Source: an uncultured Nitrososphaerales archaeon (GTDB taxonomy: Archaea > Thermoproteota > Nitrososphaeria > Nitrososphaerales > Nitrososphaeraceae). Taken from it: a DNA stretch of 64,000 nucleotides. Positions 60,625 through 64,000 of this stretch are shown here, in pieces. The notes under the pieces were generated by a model, which saw only the letters and a list, made by a program, of their open reading frames with translations, did no database searches and had not been told where the DNA came from. Position numbers and translations under genes: made by a program. Positions within the stretch are counted from its first letter, which is position 1, and each line of letters starts with the position of its first letter. Where the stretch lies: assembly GCA_963709405.1 (NCBI GenBank), contig CAVPXM010000025.1, forward strand, positions 1-64,000. Reading direction: 5' to 3'.

Positions 60625-60705
60625 ATAGATGTTTAGACTAACGGTTTTGATATACATAGATAATAGTGATAAAATTCATTTGCATATCTATCATGAGGCG
60701 CGCTA
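60625..60705. repeat. Inverted partial copy of the dispersed non-coding element
   Basis: ATGTTTAGAC..GATATACATAGATAAT..TCTATCATGAGGCGCGC matches the reverse complements of 55081-55151 and 34381-34450. Confidence 0.65.
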
Positions 60706-60907
60706 ACTAAATCATATAAGGATAACAATTCATTAGGAGAGCGCCGTCCAGCCACGCTGATGAGTTATTTTCATTAAATTATATAATTAAATTATATGAA
60801 TATATGATTACCCACACATTAGGTTCTCTATCTTTCCACTGAAAACTAGGAAATGAGGGTAATACTCTTCTATAACAAACGCTGAAATAAGTCCTAAATA
60901 TTAAATC

Positions 60908-61153
60908 ATGGAATGCGTCAAGTTTTCTATGGTAACTATCACTGTTATTGTCGTAATAGCCATTATTATTTCGATAACTATGACTATGACAGCATACATC
61001 CATACAGCAAAAGCAGAACTCAACATTGACCAAATGATTAAGAAGGATCATGACTTGGCTAACGCAATTAGAGGCATACCGGAAAACTGTGAACAAAACA
61101 TGACCGGCTCTGGAAACTCACCATCGTCTAGTATGAGTGTCCAATGTAAGTAA
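60908..61153 (+). CDS. Small secreted protein
   Basis: Signal peptide AKA-E; two Cys in the mature part. Confidence 0.6.
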   Translation: MECVKFSMVTITVIVVIAIIISITMTMTAYIHTAKAELNIDQMIKKDHDLANAIRGIPENCEQNMTGSGNSPSSSMSVQCK

Positions 61154-61399
61154 GTAAGAAAAAAGCATGGAATAGGATAGGTTGATGGAACTTAAATGAT
61201 AATTGTGGTTATCCTATTCCAATAATAGGAAAGATCAATAGGATTACTTGAAGGAATTTATTTCAGATCCTTCAGTAATCTGTCATTCTTTTCCATCAGA
61301 TGATAACATTATGCATATATCTATCATGAGGTGCATAAATCAATAGGCGGATGACGTGGTGGCTTCTTCGTATCGATTCCCTCTCGCTTCTTTGCTTTA

Positions 61400-62340
61400 G
61401 AGCCTATGCGAAAAGTCCACTTCTTCTATAGGTGATCCATGCACATGCAAAATGTAACATTCCAATATAGTTTTCAATCCTCTTTTCCCATCTTACCAGC
61501 AATCGTCTGAATCTGTTCATCCAAGAATGGGTTCTTTCAACAACCCATCGTCTAGCTCTGTATTTTGGTATTCCTTCTTTAATGCTGCTTCTTTCCTTTC
61601 CTTTTAATCTGATGTGAATTGTATAGCCATACTCTTCCAGTAATTCGTATACCTCTGGAAACGCGTAGCCTTTGTCCATGCACATGTGCTGCTTTGATCT
61701 GATTGTTGGTTCAGGTCTATAGATGACTATGCTTTGCAATGTTGCTTTGGTCATCTTCATGTCATGCCTGTTAGCTCCATCTACACATACACCAAGTGGT
61801 ACTCCTTTACCATCTACCAGAATACTACGTTTTGTACCTGATTTAGCTCTGTCTGTGGGATTTGGTCCTGTGCTTTTTTCCCCCAAGAGGCGCTTTTGTA
61901 ATAACGCCATCCATAGCCTGCCATTTCCAATCGATCCCAGTTTTTTTATCATATACCGACAATCCATCGATCCACATTCGCTTGAAAACACCAGCCTTTC
62001 TCCATTCCTGGAATCTGTCATGTACTGTACTTGAAGCACCAAGACTTCTAGGTAGAGCATTCCACTGACAGCCTGTACGTAGGACGTAGAAAATAGCACT
62101 CATGGCCTTCCTATCATCCATTCTTGGACGACCAGCCTTTTTCTTCTTTCTCCTACGTATTGATGATGATAGCAATGTAATGATTCTATCCCATACAACA
62201 TCAGGTATGCAGTACGATGAATCAACTCCAGTAACCTCTGATATCAATACAGCTCAAAAGAAAGTGTAGTACAGCTTAGCTTTATCGATCAAACACAGTT
62301 TGCTTATAACTCAATAAAACTCTACTTTTCGGATGGGTTC
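61400..62340 (-). mobile_element. IS5 element B, copy 2, apparently intact (941 bp)
   Basis: Same TIRs as copy 1; TTA duplication; orfA 61843-62247 and orfB (to 61404) overlap at GGGGGAAAAAA. Confidence 0.95.
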
Positions 62341-62903
62341 TTAGTAAATGGCTAACGACGTTAGAACCTATCGAGCCCATTACTGCCCCTATTCAGGGCA
62401 GCACCAATAGTTATGAATTCGTCCATTTAATCGTCATCATATATGCGGTATTTCGAATATAGAAAGTATCAAATCATAAAGGTTTGCGAATATCGACAGC
62501 TGGCCCAATTAAAAGATATGAGATAACAAAAAATGAGCGTGCAGGCTGGTATAAACACGAAAATTTTGTGATATACATTAGGTTGAAAGTTCTCAGAAAA
62601 ATTGACAATATGATATAAGGCTGCCTGAATTGTATAGAACCAATATTTTAATACTCAAAACTAATGATGCATGCGGTGTCTCATCCATATTTAATTGAAA
62701 TCTTTCATCTCTCGATCGCTATGTCCTAGGCATAATACAAAGCATAAGATTCAAAGAAAGCAAGAGCATAATATATGCTATTTTCTCAGCCACTACTCAG
62801 AAACCATGGAACCTTTGAAGACGGATTACATACACTAGTGTATTGCATCCCACCGAACCCGCAACGATATCAGTGCTTTTTAGTGGGTCCTGAGTAATAT
62901 AAG

Positions 62904-64000
62904 GTGAAACTAGAAAGCGTGATAGCAGAAATAGAACAAGATTCACAATTAATAACTAATGAAAATTCAGATTCAACCGACCCTTGGACCCTCTATCTAT
63001 ATGCGATGAAATCTCCTGCTACTAAGGAAAAGTATTTGTTAAGACTGGCAAAGTTTTTGGATTTTCTTTATCCTACACATACGAAGATGACTTTAGAAGA
63101 TAAAGCGCGAATCTTTGCGAACGGGGCTCAAAACGACAACATTTGGGCCTTCAATGGTGTCCTAAAGTTCATTCAATCGCTTAAGGATCGTGCTGACCGC
63201 AAAGAAATCACTGGAGGTACAATACGCAACTACGTAAAAAGTATCAAATTATTCTGTCAAATGGCAGATATCCCAATCGCATGGGACAAAATTACACGAG
63301 GCCTTCCAAAAGGAAAAAGATACGCCGATGACAGAGCCCCAACGTTAGAAGAAATTAGGTTATTATGCAACTATCCCGATAGAAGAATAAAATCAATAGT
63401 CTACACTATGGTATCATCAGGTATACGTGTCGGAGCATGGGACTATCTGCATTGGGGAAATATAAGGCCAGTGGAACAAAATGGAAGAATTGTTGCAGCA
63501 AAGATGCTAGTTTATGCTGGCGAAGATGATTCTTACATTACATACATAAACGAACCAGCATTCAGAGAACTTGCAGAATGGATGAGGTATAGACAAGAAT
63601 CAGGTGAATCAATAAACGATCAGAGTTGGGTTATGCGTGATTTATGGGATACTAGAGTGAAGATATGTCAAGGGTTAGTTACGCTTCCAAAGCAACTTAG
63701 TGCTATTGGAGTCAAGAGGTTGATGGAACGGGCTATTTGGGCTCAAGGTCTCAGAAAAGAATTAGAGCCAGGAAAAAAGAGACACCCTTTTGCTGCAAAT
63801 CATTCTTTAAGAAAATACTTTAAAACATGTTGCGAACTGGCTGGAATGAAACCGATTAACATAGAAAATCTCATGGGTCACAGCGTAGGTATAAGTGATT
63901 CGTATTACCGTCCTAGGGAAAACGATCTTCTCCAGGATTATTTAAGATGTGCTCACGCCTTAATCATCAACGATGAGAGGTCTCTGCGAAGTAAAGTAAT
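62904..64000 (+). CDS. Tyrosine integrase/recombinase (runs off the window end)
   Basis: SSGIRVG, HSLRKYF, LMGHSVG and SYYRP catalytic motifs; GTG start at 62904 or 62919. Confidence 0.93.
   Translation, partial: MKLESVIAEIEQDSQLITNENSDSTDPWTLYLYAMKSPATKEKYLLRLAKFLDFLYPTHTKMTLEDKARIFANGAQNDNIWAFNGVLKFIQSLKDRADRKEITGGTIRNYVKSIKLFCQMADIPIAWDKITRGLPKGKRYADDRAPTLEEIRLLCNYPDRRIKSIVYTMVSSGIRVGAWDYLHWGNIRPVEQNGRIVAAKMLVYAGEDDSYITYINEPAFRELAEWMRYRQESGESINDQSWVMRDLWDTRVKICQGLVTLPKQLSAIGVKRLMERAIWAQGLRKELEPGKKRHPFAANHSLRKYFKTCCELAGMKPINIENLMGHSVGISDSYYRPRENDLLQDYLRCAHALIINDERSLRSKV

Noticed and set aside
60735-60772. Fluoride-riboswitch or hammerhead-like GCTGATGAG
   Set aside because: Required flanking stems and partner motifs not found.

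Overview
Positions 1-~1305 are a GC-rich, bacterial-looking carB fragment on the minus strand. It joins abruptly to ~62.7 kb of AT-rich, low-coding-density DNA whose gene families and promoters look like a soil Nitrososphaerales (Thaumarchaeota) accessory region; the taxon is inferred from gene-family recognition, not from a database search. The region contains no rRNA, no complete tRNA and no CRISPR array. It is largely decayed mobile DNA: two IS5-family elements in two copies each plus a solo end, a DDE_Tnp_1 IS with an 8-bp TSD, an IS6 stub, a probable internally deleted IS110-type element that keeps its non-coding RNA arm, and scattered parts of integrative elements (tyrosine integrase, wHTH/AbrB switch, P-loop ATPase, RMADF-motif protein, PolB exonuclease stub, PriX-like domain, DPPY methyltransferase). 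Cargo includes repeat-bearing CAP/SCP proteins, alpha/beta hydrolases, an F420 LLM oxidoreductase, an AlgG-like beta-helix protein, three patatins and many small secreted proteins. Many genes carry frameshifts or stops, from real decay and/or consensus errors. The most interesting unexplained structures are the IS110-like mini-element, a palindromic-operator module (cupredoxin-like protein, His-rich peptide, structured RNA, membrane protein, wHTH), 45-bp direct repeats flanking an 11.5-kb element remnant, and a dispersed non-coding element with iteron-like boxes.
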